From Chthoniobacteraceae bacterium (GTDB lineage: Bacteria > Verrucomicrobiota > Verrucomicrobiia > Chthoniobacterales > Chthoniobacteraceae), in NCBI GenBank assembly GCA_037190965.1, contig JBBCKI010000018.1, positions 14,283-78,282 on the forward strand: a stretch of 64,000 nt of DNA. The letters are read 5' to 3'. The position numbers and the translations under genes are program-made. The notes beneath the pieces were generated by a model, which worked only from the letters and a program-made list of their open reading frames with translations, ran no database searches and had not been told where the DNA came from. This document shows, one piece after another, positions 19,821-29,918 of the stretch. Numbering within the stretch: position 1 is the stretch's first letter; the number at the start of each line of letters is the position of its first letter.

Positions 19821-20195
19821 GTGCGTTGGCGCATGAAACCGCTCTACGCGATGAAACCACACAGGGGGTCAGGCTCCCAGGTGACACTTGACAGAGCTTT
19901 GTTAAACACTTGAGGCCCTTTTGGCTTGCTCCTAATGAAGCTGGACCAGTAAGGCTCAGCCAGTTTGGCAAGAATCGAGCTCAAGGTAATCGGTTACCGC
20001 TCCAACGGTAATCTTGAAGGTAGTCCCTGACACTCAATTGGCACCCTTGTACTCTTGTCTATGGACATGACGGGTTTTCCGGCGGATTGACTCGCTCTCC
20101 ACCGGTGGAGCGATAGGGGGCGGAAAGAGAGGCCGGGATCACGCGCAAATTGCCTCTGCCGGACGATTTTATGAAACGTTGGTGTACGCCGTTTC

Positions 20196-22463
20196 ATGAA
20201 ACTCTGGAGTCTCCGGGCAAAACTGATGGCGCTGATTTTGCTGGCGCTTCTTCCTGTCATTGCCCTGGAGATCAACGCCGCGCGAGAGGCGAGGCTTCGC
20301 GCGGACGCGGAAGTGGTGGCGGAAGCGCAGCGCCTTGCAAGGTTGGTGGCGTTCAATCAGCAGAGAATTTTTGAAACCTCCCAGCAACTCCTGATCACCC
20401 TGGCGCATGTCGACAGCCTGCGCGATCCTGGCGGCCAGGAAGAATGCAGGGCTTTGTTGCTTAACCTTCTGCATCTGAATCCGCTTTATGCGAACCTCGG
20501 GGCGATCGATGCCGAGGGAAATGTCATTTGTAGCGCACTGAAGCTTCCTGCCCCCCTCAGTGTCGCGCAACAAGCCTATTTCAAGAAGGTGAGCTCAGGG
20601 CAAGCCATCGCTGCCGGCGATTTTGGAGCAGGGGAGGAGGTGGCCCTGAAAAAGGCGCTTGTTCTGGCCTCTCCCATCATCGATTCGGATACGAAAAAAT
20701 TTCTGGGGGCGGTCTTTGTGGCCCTCGACCTCAAGGCGGCGAGTGAGTTCAGCGCCGACGTGATGCTCCCCCCCGGGGCAACGGTCCTGGTGATCACCGA
20801 CACCCACCGGCTTCTCCTGCGGTATCCCGATCCGGAGCAATGGGTGGGCAAACCGTCGGAGTTGCCTGAGTCGATCCCGCCCGGAGGGCACGAGGGTGAG
20901 GTGACGGTGACGGAGGGGGGAGTGGAGCGTCTTTATGTTGTCAAAAGGCTCAATCTTACGGCCACGCGTCATTTTGACGTCGCGGTGGGGCTCGACAGGA
21001 GCCATGCCTACGCGCCGTTCCGTGCGGCATTGCGGCGTCAGCTTTTCGTGATGATCGGCATTGCAACCAGTGCGCTGGCGCTGGCCTGGTTGCTGGGGAG
21101 CTCCTTTATTGTGCGGCCCGCCCGGCATCTCGTCAACGTGGCGCGATCGGTAAGCCGGGGGGATCTCAAAGTTCGCAGCGCGCTGCCCCCGGAGACGGGG
21201 GAATTCGGTGAGATCGGCGGGGCGTTCAATCAGATGGCCGATGCGCTGGAGCGTCGGATCGACGAACTGAACGGCGTGCAGCAGGAGCTGCGGCAGGCGC
21301 ACGATGAGCTTGAATCCCGGGTGGAACGACGCACGGAGGAACTGAACCTCGCGCGTGAGAGGCTGGTGGACGCCATCGAGAACATTGACGCCGGGTTCGT
21401 CATGTTTGGGCCGGACGAACGGTTGGTGGTCGCCAACAGGACTTTTCGCGAGATGTATTCCAATTGCGCCTTTGTGATTCGCCCCGGGGTGACTTTTGAG
21501 GAGATCCTTCGCGAGTTTGTCCGCACCGACGGGAAGGTGGAGGGGATGACGGATCCCGAAGCCTGGATCGCGGAGCGCCTGGACACTTTGCGAAAGGCCG
21601 ATGGAACGATTGTGGAGCAGAAGATCAATGGGCGGTGGTTGAGCGTCAGCGATCATAGGATGCGCGACGGCGGAGTGGTTTCCCTGCGGACCGACGTGAC
21701 GGAGCGGACGGAGGCGCACGCCGCGCTGGAGCGAGCGGCCAGGGAGTTGCAGCGCTCCAATGAGGAACTGGAGCGGTTTGCTTACGTGGCGTCGCATGAT
21801 CTCCAGGAGCCGTTGCGGATGGTGGCCAGCTACACGCAGCTCCTTGCGCGGCGGTACAAGGACAAGCTTGACCAGCCTGCCCAGGAGTTCATTGCCTTTG
21901 CGGTGAATGGCGCGGAGCGGATGCAGGCCTTTATCCAGGATCTTCTTCTCTATTCCCGGGTCGGCACGCGGGGCCGTCCGTTCGAGCGGTTGGAGCTGGG
22001 AGGCATTGTTGCCCGGGTGTTGGAGAATCTCCGGTACTCGATTACGGAGAAAAACGCCGACATCGTGATCGGTGAACTCCCCACAGTGGAGGGCGACCGG
22101 CTTCAGCTTACGCAGCTCTTCCAGAATCTCATCAGCAATGCCTTGAAGTTCAATGCCGACAGGCCGCTGAAGATCGAGGTCAGCGCGAAGCGGCAGGAGG
22201 AGGGAGCGGAGGGGGTCTGGGAGTTCACTGTTCGGGACAATGGCATCGGGCTCGACCCGGAGGATACGGAGCGGATTTTTATAATCTTCCAGCGGCTGCA
22301 CACGCGGCAGGAGTACGAAGGCACGGGGATTGGCCTGGCAATCTGCAAAAAAATCGTGGAGCGCCATGGGGGCCGGATATGGGTCGAGTCCCGGAAAGGA
22401 GAGGGAGCGGCGTTTCATTTCACCATTCCCGAAAGAGAAGAGGAAACGGAGTCCAACCCATGA
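20196..22463 (+). CDS. Sensor histidine kinase (TM-Cache-TM-HAMP-PAS-HisKA-HATPase)
   Basis: FAYVASHDLQEPLR H-box, QLFQNLISNALKF N-box, DNGIG, GTGIGLAICKKIVERHGG, and HAMP (GEFGEIGGAFNQMADAL). Confidence 0.93.
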   Translation: MKLWSLRAKLMALILLALLPVIALEINAAREARLRADAEVVAEAQRLARLVAFNQQRIFETSQQLLITLAHVDSLRDPGGQEECRALLLNLLHLNPLYANLGAIDAEGNVICSALKLPAPLSVAQQAYFKKVSSGQAIAAGDFGAGEEVALKKALVLASPIIDSDTKKFLGAVFVALDLKAASEFSADVMLPPGATVLVITDTHRLLLRYPDPEQWVGKPSELPESIPPGGHEGEVTVTEGGVERLYVVKRLNLTATRHFDVAVGLDRSHAYAPFRAALRRQLFVMIGIATSALALAWLLGSSFIVRPARHLVNVARSVSRGDLKVRSALPPETGEFGEIGGAFNQMADALERRIDELNGVQQELRQAHDELESRVERRTEELNLARERLVDAIENIDAGFVMFGPDERLVVANRTFREMYSNCAFVIRPGVTFEEILREFVRTDGKVEGMTDPEAWIAERLDTLRKADGTIVEQKINGRWLSVSDHRMRDGGVVSLRTDVTERTEAHAALERAARELQRSNEELERFAYVASHDLQEPLRMVASYTQLLARRYKDKLDQPAQEFIAFAVNGAERMQAFIQDLLLYSRVGTRGRPFERLELGGIVARVLENLRYSITEKNADIVIGELPTVEGDRLQLTQLFQNLISNALKFNADRPLKIEVSAKRQEEGAEGVWEFTVRDNGIGLDPEDTERIFIIFQRLHTRQEYEGTGIGLAICKKIVERHGGRIWVESRKGEGAAFHFTIPEREEETESNP

Positions 22464-22494
22464 AATAGTTGAACCCGAACTCCTGTAAATACCC

Positions 22495-24135
22495 ATGCCT
22501 GCCAATGAAGAAATCATCCCCCCGATCCGGGTGCTTCTGGTGGAGGATAACCCGGGCGACGCGCGTTTGATCCATGAGCTTCTTGCCGAGGTGGAGGGGC
22601 GGTTCGAACTGGAAACCGTCTCGCGGCTGGCGCAGGCGATGGAGCTGCTGGCGACGGACCGCTTTCAACTGGTGCTCCTCGATCTCTCGTTGCCCGACAG
22701 CTTCGGGATAGAGTCTTTCCGGAAAATGGTGGCGGCCTATCCGCATGTTCCGCTGATTGTCTTGAGCGGGCTCGATGACGAGCAGCTTGCCGTCCAGACC
22801 GTACGCGAAGGGGCGCAGGATTATCTGGTCAAAGGCCATGTGGATCACCACACGCTGGTCCGCGCAATCCGATACGCCCTCAAGCGGGCCGAGGCCGACC
22901 GGGCGTTGGCCGATGAACGCAACCTGCTCCGCAGCGTGATCGGTAATCTGCCTGATTCAATTTGTGTGACCGACCTTCAGGGGCGTTTCTTGCTCGATAA
23001 CCTTCCCCATGTCCGCTCGCTCGGAAAGAATTCTGCGGACGAAGTTGTCGGGAAAACCGTCTTCGATTTTTTTCCGGAGACAGTCGCCGCAAGAATTCGG
23101 GAAGAGGATAACGAGGTGGTTCGCACCGGGATTCCGATTCTCAATCGGGAGGAGGTGCAGCCTGCGCTCGCCCCGGGGACTTCGGGAGGGGTGCGTTGGG
23201 TTTCGACCACCAAAGTTCCCCTGCGGGACAGCGAGGGGGAGGTGATCGGGGTGGTCGGGATCTGGCGTGACATCACCGAACGCAAACATGCCGAGGAGCA
23301 GCTCTTCCGCTATAATGAGGAAATCCGTGAGCGCAATGTGGAACTGGAGGATGATCTCCACATGGCTCGGGAGATTCAGCAAGCCTTCCTGCCACAGCAA
23401 TACCCCACCTTCCCGCGTCGGGCCACGCCTGCGGAAAGCGCGCTCCGTTTCTACAGCCGCTATATTCCGACCACGGCGGTCGGCGGCGATTTTTTCCACG
23501 TGCTGCCGATCTCCGACACCAAGGCGGGCATCTTCATTTGCGACGTGATGGGCCATGGGGTCCGGGCCGCCCTGGTGACGGCCATTCAGCGGGCGTTGAT
23601 GGAGGAAATGATGCCCGCGGCGCACGACCCGGGGCGTTTCTTGACGGAGATCAACCGCGCGCTTCTCTCCATCCTGCGCCGGGCGCGTACTCCGATGTTC
23701 GCCTCCGCGTTTTATCTCGTCGTCGATGTGGAGGAAGGGGTCTTGAGTTACGCCAACGCCGGACACCCAAGGCCACTGCATCTTCATCGCGAGACGGGCA
23801 CGCTGGATTTTCTCGCTTCCGACCGCGCGGGCCCCGCGCTCGGCGTATTTCAGAACACCGTGTACCAAACCCGTTCACGCGCGGCTGCGCCCCATGATCT
23901 GGTCATCCTCTTCACCGACGGACTTTACGAGGTCGAGGGGCCCAACGAGACCTTGTTCGACCAGGAGAGGCTGCTCAAGCTGATCGGCCGCCGTCTTTAC
24001 GAACCGTCGGAAAATCTAATTGAGGATACTCTTGCCGAGATTCAGGACTTCGCCGTCAATCATGCTTTCGATGACGATGTCTGTCTGGTCGGCGTCGAGA
24101 TCGAGCGCGTCCATGCCGGGGCATCCGCGGGTTGA
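22495..24135 (+). CDS. Response regulator REC-PAS-SpoIIE (RsbU-like PP2C phosphatase)
   Basis: LLVEDNPGD, LLDLSLPD, GAQDYLVK; PAS/PAC (RDITERK); AREIQQAFLP, GGDFF, CDVMGHG, NAGHP, FTDGL, DDVCL. Confidence 0.92.
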   Translation: MPANEEIIPPIRVLLVEDNPGDARLIHELLAEVEGRFELETVSRLAQAMELLATDRFQLVLLDLSLPDSFGIESFRKMVAAYPHVPLIVLSGLDDEQLAVQTVREGAQDYLVKGHVDHHTLVRAIRYALKRAEADRALADERNLLRSVIGNLPDSICVTDLQGRFLLDNLPHVRSLGKNSADEVVGKTVFDFFPETVAARIREEDNEVVRTGIPILNREEVQPALAPGTSGGVRWVSTTKVPLRDSEGEVIGVVGIWRDITERKHAEEQLFRYNEEIRERNVELEDDLHMAREIQQAFLPQQYPTFPRRATPAESALRFYSRYIPTTAVGGDFFHVLPISDTKAGIFICDVMGHGVRAALVTAIQRALMEEMMPAAHDPGRFLTEINRALLSILRRARTPMFASAFYLVVDVEEGVLSYANAGHPRPLHLHRETGTLDFLASDRAGPALGVFQNTVYQTRSRAAAPHDLVILFTDGLYEVEGPNETLFDQERLLKLIGRRLYEPSENLIEDTLAEIQDFAVNHAFDDDVCLVGVEIERVHAGASAG

Positions 24136-24154
24136 GGTGAGTCGCCGGATCGCC

Positions 24155-24320
24155 GGCCCACAAGCGCGAGTTGAGAAGAAGAAATAGAGGGCCTTTGGCC
24201 ATGGGCGTCGTCGTGGAACTCCGCCCTCCAAGCTATCGCGCGACAAGCGCGCCGGGCGAGAGGTTCTTGATAAAAAGTGTGGCAATACCCATCAACGGAG
24301 GGCGGAGCTCCGCGACGCCG
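24155..24320. repeat. Family-2 REP doublet with a ~50-bp 5' extension
   Basis: 24155-24230 matches 32588-32666 as a direct repeat. An inverted REP copy lies at 24297-24320. Confidence 0.7.
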
Positions 24321-24368
24321 TACTCCTTGCAGCCGAAGGCTCACTTTTTATCAAATCTTAAACACAAC

Positions 24369-25049
24369 CTAGTGCGCACGTGCGCGAAGCTTTGCTTCTT
24401 CGAGCACCGCTTGCTCTTCCTTGGCCAGGCCGCAGCGCACTAGTGACGTCAGCAGGCGTGGAAGTTCTTCCGGGGGCGTCAACGCGGCGAGGGCCCCCGC
24501 GGAGTTGCCCAATCGAAGTTCTTTGGCGACGGTGAGCGCTTTTTGGTCCGCAAAGGGAAAGAGTTCATTCCAGGCGATCTGCATCTCGCGAAAGAAGATA
24601 TCCGCGCCGACATCGCCGATCCCTTTGAATTCTTCGATCAATTCGCGTTCGCGCGCCGGGTCGTGGTGGGCCGCCTCCCTTAAATTGCGTAGATCGCCGC
24701 CGTATTTATCCAGGATCAGCTCCGAGGCGTTCGCAAGTTTGGTCGAAGTGCTCTCATCGTAGCGTGCATAGCCGGATTCGTTGAGAGTGTGGGTGCGATC
24801 GGCCCATTCTGCCGCCACCATTTTTTGTGGAGTCGTCCACCCCCGCCGCGCGAGAGCCTGGGCCGCATGCACCGCGACGGATGCGCTGATCCGGGTGCTG
24901 AACAGCAGTGTCGCGCAAAGCCAGCGAAACAGGGACGAAGGCCCCGGTTTGCTCAGGTCAATGCCCAGTTCCTCGGAGAACGTCTGCCCATACCGTTGCA
25001 ACAGGACGTCTACGACTCTGGATTGATGGGTTTGCTTTACCACGGCCAT
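24369..25049 (-). CDS. HhH-GPD/endonuclease III-like protein
   Basis: LLFSTRISAS.A, GYARYDE, YGGDL and HhH motif FKGIGDVGADIFFREMQ. Confidence 0.75.
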   Translation of the reverse strand: MAVVKQTHQSRVVDVLLQRYGQTFSEELGIDLSKPGPSSLFRWLCATLLFSTRISASVAVHAAQALARRGWTTPQKMVAAEWADRTHTLNESGYARYDESTSTKLANASELILDKYGGDLRNLREAAHHDPARERELIEEFKGIGDVGADIFFREMQIAWNELFPFADQKALTVAKELRLGNSAGALAALTPPEELPRLLTSLVRCGLAKEEQAVLEEAKLRARAH

Positions 25050-25163
25050 GGTGCTCAGGCGTCTTCAGATTCGGTCTGTCATTTGCTTTCGTGTGCCGGT
25101 GCTTGCATGGCTCTATCTTCGATGATACGGCCGGATTCGCCGGGACGCAGGATTCCTGGTTCT

Positions 25164-26087
25164 ATGGATACTCGCTCTCCCATCCTTGTCTCGGGGGCGG
25201 CAGGCCGTTTGGGAGCCGTGGGCCGCACCATTGTGGAAATCCTTCGCGAGCGTGATCTGCCCGTTCGCGCGCTTGTCCGGCGCGAAGATGAACGATCGCA
25301 GGCGCTGCGGGCGATGGGGGCCGAAGTCGTCGTTGGCGACCTGACGTGCGCGCGCGACGTCGTGCGGGCTCTGAAAGGGTGCAGACGGATGTATTTTGGC
25401 ATGAGCATCTCGCCGTCCTATCTGGATTCCACGGTAATAACCGCCGCGGCAGCGAGGACGCAGGGCGACCTGGAAGTGTTCGTCAATATCTCGCAGATGA
25501 CCGTCTCCCAGATGAGCCTGACGGAAATGACGGACTCCCTTCAGCAACGGCAGCACTGGCTGGGCGAGCAGGTGTTGAACTGGTCGGGGTTGCCCGTCGT
25601 TCATGTTCGCGCCACGGTGTTTCTCCAGCACTTTTTCTTTTTGGCTTGGGCCGCTGAATCTATCGCGAAGGACGCGACGATCCGTCTGCCCTTCGGCGCC
25701 GCGCGGACGTCGCCCGTTGATCCCCGGGATGTCGCGTCGGCGATTGCCAATATTCTGGAAAGCCCGGAGGGTCACATCGGAAAGGTTTACGAACTGACGG
25801 GGCCGCGCTCTCAGGATATGGCTGCCCACGCGGCGGAATATTCCTCAGCATTGGGGCGTTCCATTACCTATGTCGATGTGCCGCTGGAGCAGTGGAGCAA
25901 GGACGAGCTTGGCCGCCGTGATCTGCCGCAACATGTCTTCAATCATTTGCTAACCATGGCCAAGCTCCATGCCGACGGGCGTTATGATCGCTTTTCGGAA
26001 GATGTCGAGATCCTCACCGGAAGACCCGCGACGAGTACCCACGACTTCGTGGCACGTCATGCGGCCATGTTCAAGCCGGAGTCGTAA
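25164..26087 (+). CDS. NmrA-like NAD(P)-binding (atypical SDR) protein
   Basis: ILVSGAAGRLG Rossmann motif, VRALVR, VVGDL and GKVYELTGP. Start reassigned to the ATG at 25164. Confidence 0.85.
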   Translation: MDTRSPILVSGAAGRLGAVGRTIVEILRERDLPVRALVRREDERSQALRAMGAEVVVGDLTCARDVVRALKGCRRMYFGMSISPSYLDSTVITAAAARTQGDLEVFVNISQMTVSQMSLTEMTDSLQQRQHWLGEQVLNWSGLPVVHVRATVFLQHFFFLAWAAESIAKDATIRLPFGAARTSPVDPRDVASAIANILESPEGHIGKVYELTGPRSQDMAAHAAEYSSALGRSITYVDVPLEQWSKDELGRRDLPQHVFNHLLTMAKLHADGRYDRFSEDVEILTGRPATSTHDFVARHAAMFKPES

Positions 26088-26161
26088 ACGATCGAATGGC
26101 GTCAGGCAAAATCTGCCGGACGCCATTCAGTTTCGAGTCCTATGCCGTTTCCGGCGATTGA
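26040..26161 (+). repeat. Direct repeat, copy 1 (NmrA 3' end plus terminator hairpin)
   Basis: Matches 29807-29914 and contains the hairpin GAATGGCGTCAGGCA-aaatc-TGCCGGACGCCATTC. Confidence 0.85.
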
Positions 26162-26174
26162 GCGGAGTTCGGAA

Positions 26175-29100
26175 TTAAGGATTTACACTCAAGCCCGAGA
26201 GACGAACGCTCTTGTTGGGTACGTCGACAACTCGATCAGCTTGGACAATTTTTTCGCGGAGTTCGACCACGACACGTTTGACCCGCACCGGATAGGCGGG
26301 AACACCCTCTCCCGAAACCCGCCAGTCGCTTTGCTGGGGGGCGTGATAGCCACTGATATGTCTCGCCGGGAGATCGAGGGAAATGTAGTTCCAGCCATCG
26401 AAGTTGATGAACGTGTGCGCCTTCCAGTCGCCGAGGCTCCACCTGTCGTCCAGCGCTCCAATGCTGAAAAAACGCTCTCCTTTGGCATCTTCCAACTCAA
26501 AAAAGACCCTTCCCCAGGAAGAGTTCCCTTTCACCCAAACGCCAATTGACTTCGGTTGCCCGGCGATCTGCAGGGGCCGACGCGGCTTGAGCGCGACGTA
26601 GCGGGTGATTGGCCACGGCACATCGGGCTGTGCTTCCAGCGTCAGCTCGATGGCTTGTCCTTTCTCGTCATCCGCGACGTTTTTGGCCGTGATTCTGCCA
26701 GGCTGGCGAGGGAAGTCGAAATGGGCGGTATCGAGTTCGTTGTCGGCTTCATGGCTAACCTCCCAGTCGGCCAGATCGCCAAGCGTGCTGACCACGGCGG
26801 GCGCCTGTTTTGGCAATTCGCATTTCGTGGGGCCGCTGCTCACCCCGGCAAGCGGAACGGAAGAACGGAGATAGAGCGGCGAGGCACTTGCGATCATTTC
26901 CGCCTGGCGCGAATTGACCGCGGGATTGCTGGATCGCCCGTTCATGTCCGTCATCCTTGGCGAAGAGGGATCGCCATCAAAAGTGACAGTGACTTTCTTT
27001 TCCCCACGCGGAATCCAAATGGCGTAAACCCATTCATTTCCCTTCTTGAACTCCGAGGCGAAGAGGGTAGGCGAATCGGTAGGAAGCGACCGTTTAAACT
27101 CCGCCTGGTCAAGTTCCTGCGTTAAAACCGCCATCGCCACATAACTTGGCTTTGGAGTGAGCAATGGGTAGCGGTGGGTCAAGCCGCCCGACCCCCAGCG
27201 GCTATAGTAATAGGAATCTCCCACGTCGGTGATCACTCCTGGGGCGATGTTCGGGGCGCGGAATGCCAACGCAATGAGGGTATCGCGGGTGTAGTACTGG
27301 GCCTGCTCCAGTTCGGTCAGCCCCCCCGGATTCGTGTTGCGTCCTTTCCACTCATAGCAAGTCATGACCCCCGCGTTGTAGTTATACTTCTTTGAGTATT
27401 GATCCAGCCAGTATAGCGTTCCCTGGGAGCTGGTGGAGGGCCCCTCGGGCGGCTGGGTCTGGCCAAGCTCTTCGTCGCCCCACGCGTCGACATACTCACG
27501 GGGATAACCGTTCTGCATCAAGCCCTGGGCAAACTGGAACCCTCCATTGCCGACGACGAGCTTCACGTCCGGATACTTCTCGCGAATGTATTTACTGTAG
27601 GCAACCGCGCGATTCATGGTGTTATTGAACGCCGTGTGTTGCTTTTCCGTCAGCTTTGGAACTTCCTTGCCGACAAACTCCTGGGGGAAGTCCTTGTTCT
27701 CTCCGAAGCTGGTTTCGTGATAGATTACCGCCCACTTGAGTCCGGGGTGCTTGGCGACTGCCGCGTCAAATTTTGCGGCATTTTTCTCCAGCGGGCCGGA
27801 ACCACCGTACCAAGGATACATGCTCCAGCTTAGATTGTATTTCGCGAGCGTCTCTCCATCCGGGTCTAAGCTGCCTCCCGGTGAGAGGTGACGGAAACCG
27901 AGCCTCTGAAAGAGCGGTCCAATGATATCGAGCGATTTGGTCCCGATGTGCGTCGATCCAAACCACCAGGTGCAATAGGGTGACTCGTTACCTGCCTTGC
28001 GGGTATCGGGCGCAAGGACCGCGAGGCTTGTAGGCCCTTCCCACACGGTCTTTCCATCCGCGCCATGCAACGTCAACTCGGCCTGAAACCAACCCAGCCC
28101 CAAGTCCGGCAGGTCCAATGCGAGGCGGCGCGGTTCGGTGTCTCCGGGAACGTCCACCTTGCGTTCGCCTGTAGTCGTCTTTCCGTAGAAATCGGTGATC
28201 TTCCAACCTAATGTCCCTGTGAACGGCTTGCCGTTACGGTTGATCATCTCAAGATCAAACCCCGGCCGCTCATTGGGATAGAAAATGTGCCCCGTCTTGC
28301 GTGGGATCGCGCGAACCTTGATCGGGGCGCGTTCGAGCGTGAGCCCAACCACCTGGATGCTGCTCGGCTTGCCCAGCGGTTTGGTGGAGTGGACCGAGTA
28401 GTTCAAGGAGCGTTGAAGATGGAGTTCTTTTGTCAGTTCAAGATCGAGATACTGCCCCGAGCGCCCCCAAACGATCTTCTTGTCATCAATCACGTCGACG
28501 ATTTCGCCGCTCCTGAGGGGAACTTCGACCTGAAGCAGCGGCACCTCCTGCTTCTTGCCCGCCGCATCCTCTACTTTGACCGTGCCAACCTGCCTGATTC
28601 CGTCAGGCCACTTTCCGTCTTTCTGTTGCAAACGCACGACGGAATCGGAGATCCCGTCTCCTCGTCCTCCTTCGTCTCCGCTATCGTTGAGAAAGCGAGT
28701 GAGGCGCAGCGTGAGGACCGGGGTTTTTTGTGGATCGGGAATTGCCACACAAAGAAGATGCGCCCGAGCATAGTCATCGGAAGGGATCGCGAGCAGGAGG
28801 TTCTCCTCGACGTTGTCGAAAGAGCTGCGCGAGTAGTAGGTATCCGCAAATTCCTCCGGTCCCCGCTTTTCTCCAAGCCAGCGCGACTTGCCGACGTCGA
28901 TTTCATCGCCCTCGGCTGCGATCGAAAACGGCACCCCGTTCTTCACTTCTGTCACGCTGCGTTTTAGATCCGCTCCGGAAATTTTCGCGCCGGGCCGACG
29001 GTAACCGCGCAGGTTAACCTCCACGTAGCGCTCGCTTTCGACACCCAAAGGCCGCGTTTCAATCCCGGCGAGGGTGACTCCCTCCGGAAGATCCAATTGC

Positions 29101-29729
29101 AACGCCCCCGGCGAAGCCACTTGCGCCTGGCCGACGAAGCGGTCGTCGATCCAGATTCCGACGTTGTTTCCATTCACCTCGGTTCGAATGGCCAGATCAC
29201 GCGCGGTCGCCGCCGGGTATTTTTCCCATCGGTCAAGGATCGGTTTGCGCTCGTCACCCTTGTAGTTCACCGGATTGGGACGCACAAAATAGCGTTCATT
29301 GAATAACACCTCGCCATCCGGCGCTTTCAGAACAATCCGCACACAGGCATCCGCAAGGGGAATCCATGGTTGAGGCTCTGGCAGCTGCAGTTCGGCATTC
29401 TCGGCCGTGAGCGTCACCTCAAGTCCCTTTTGATCTGCACCGTTGATGCGAATGACCGCGGTGCGCTTCACCGCCCCCAACTGAAGCCGCAACTCTGCCA
29501 CGTTGCGGTGCGCTAGATTTTGCGTAGCGAGGACTCTCTCTTGAACGGTGCGCCGCTGCCCGGATACCGCGAAACTTCCTTCCGTGACGGTCAATTCGCC
29601 TTGGTTGTTGTTTTGGGCCTTGGTTGTCTTGGTGCCCGCAGGGGCTTTCTCTTGGGGATCGGCAGAAGCGCTCTGTCCGGCAAGGTTCATCAGTAGCGCG
29701 AGCAAAAGGATCGGTTTGGCTCGATTCAT
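26175..29729 (-). CDS. Large secreted multidomain protein, probable clan GH-A (GH39-like) glycoside hydrolase
   Basis: Signal peptide and a central TIM-barrel-like region with candidate Glu motifs (YHETSF, CYEWKG) and QAQYYTR...PKPSYVA. Family call is by eye. Confidence 0.55.
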   Translation of the reverse strand: MNRAKPILLLALLMNLAGQSASADPQEKAPAGTKTTKAQNNNQGELTVTEGSFAVSGQRRTVQERVLATQNLAHRNVAELRLQLGAVKRTAVIRINGADQKGLEVTLTAENAELQLPEPQPWIPLADACVRIVLKAPDGEVLFNERYFVRPNPVNYKGDERKPILDRWEKYPAATARDLAIRTEVNGNNVGIWIDDRFVGQAQVASPGALQLDLPEGVTLAGIETRPLGVESERYVEVNLRGYRRPGAKISGADLKRSVTEVKNGVPFSIAAEGDEIDVGKSRWLGEKRGPEEFADTYYSRSSFDNVEENLLLAIPSDDYARAHLLCVAIPDPQKTPVLTLRLTRFLNDSGDEGGRGDGISDSVVRLQQKDGKWPDGIRQVGTVKVEDAAGKKQEVPLLQVEVPLRSGEIVDVIDDKKIVWGRSGQYLDLELTKELHLQRSLNYSVHSTKPLGKPSSIQVVGLTLERAPIKVRAIPRKTGHIFYPNERPGFDLEMINRNGKPFTGTLGWKITDFYGKTTTGERKVDVPGDTEPRRLALDLPDLGLGWFQAELTLHGADGKTVWEGPTSLAVLAPDTRKAGNESPYCTWWFGSTHIGTKSLDIIGPLFQRLGFRHLSPGGSLDPDGETLAKYNLSWSMYPWYGGSGPLEKNAAKFDAAVAKHPGLKWAVIYHETSFGENKDFPQEFVGKEVPKLTEKQHTAFNNTMNRAVAYSKYIREKYPDVKLVVGNGGFQFAQGLMQNGYPREYVDAWGDEELGQTQPPEGPSTSSQGTLYWLDQYSKKYNYNAGVMTCYEWKGRNTNPGGLTELEQAQYYTRDTLIALAFRAPNIAPGVITDVGDSYYYSRWGSGGLTHRYPLLTPKPSYVAMAVLTQELDQAEFKRSLPTDSPTLFASEFKKGNEWVYAIWIPRGEKKVTVTFDGDPSSPRMTDMNGRSSNPAVNSRQAEMIASASPLYLRSSVPLAGVSSGPTKCELPKQAPAVVSTLGDLADWEVSHEADNELDTAHFDFPRQPGRITAKNVADDEKGQAIELTLEAQPDVPWPITRYVALKPRRPLQIAGQPKSIGVWVKGNSSWGRVFFELEDAKGERFFSIGALDDRWSLGDWKAHTFINFDGWNYISLDLPARHISGYHAPQQSDWRVSGEGVPAYPVRVKRVVVELREKIVQADRVVDVPNKSVRLSGLSVNP

Positions 29730-29777
29730 GGGGGTGACTGGTTGGTTTGTTAATGAATTCCTCTCCGAACCTGAGGT

Positions 29778-29797
29778 ATTGCGTGTAATAACGCAAT
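29778..29797. promoter_or_regulatory. Palindromic operator upstream of the 1184-aa gene
   Basis: ATTGCGT-gtaata-ACGCAAT, about 50 bp upstream of the ATG. Confidence 0.45.
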
Positions 29798-29806
29798 TAC
29801 AAACCT

Positions 29807-29914
29807 CATGACTTCGTGCGCGTCATGCCGCCTTTCCTAAACGACCGAATGGCGTCAGGCAAAATTTGCCGGACGCCATTCAGTTTCGAATCCTATGCCG
29901 TTTTGGGCGACTGA
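29807..29914 (+). repeat. Direct repeat, copy 2 (decayed NmrA 3' end plus katA terminator)
   Basis: CATGACTTCGTGCGCGTCATGCCGCC...TAAACGACCGAATGGCGTCAGGCAAAATTTGCCGGACGCCATTCAGTTTCGAATCCTATGCCGTTT, compared with 26040-26161. Confidence 0.85.
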
Positions 29915-29918
29915 TTCA

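Noticed and set aside
19555..19971. 138-aa minus-strand ORF next to the XRE gene
   Set aside because: No motifs, atypical composition, and the region is better explained by hairpins.
26085..26161. Integron attC site
   Set aside because: It lacks the RYYYAAC/GTTRRRY core arrangement, no integrase is present, and the hairpin fits a terminator.
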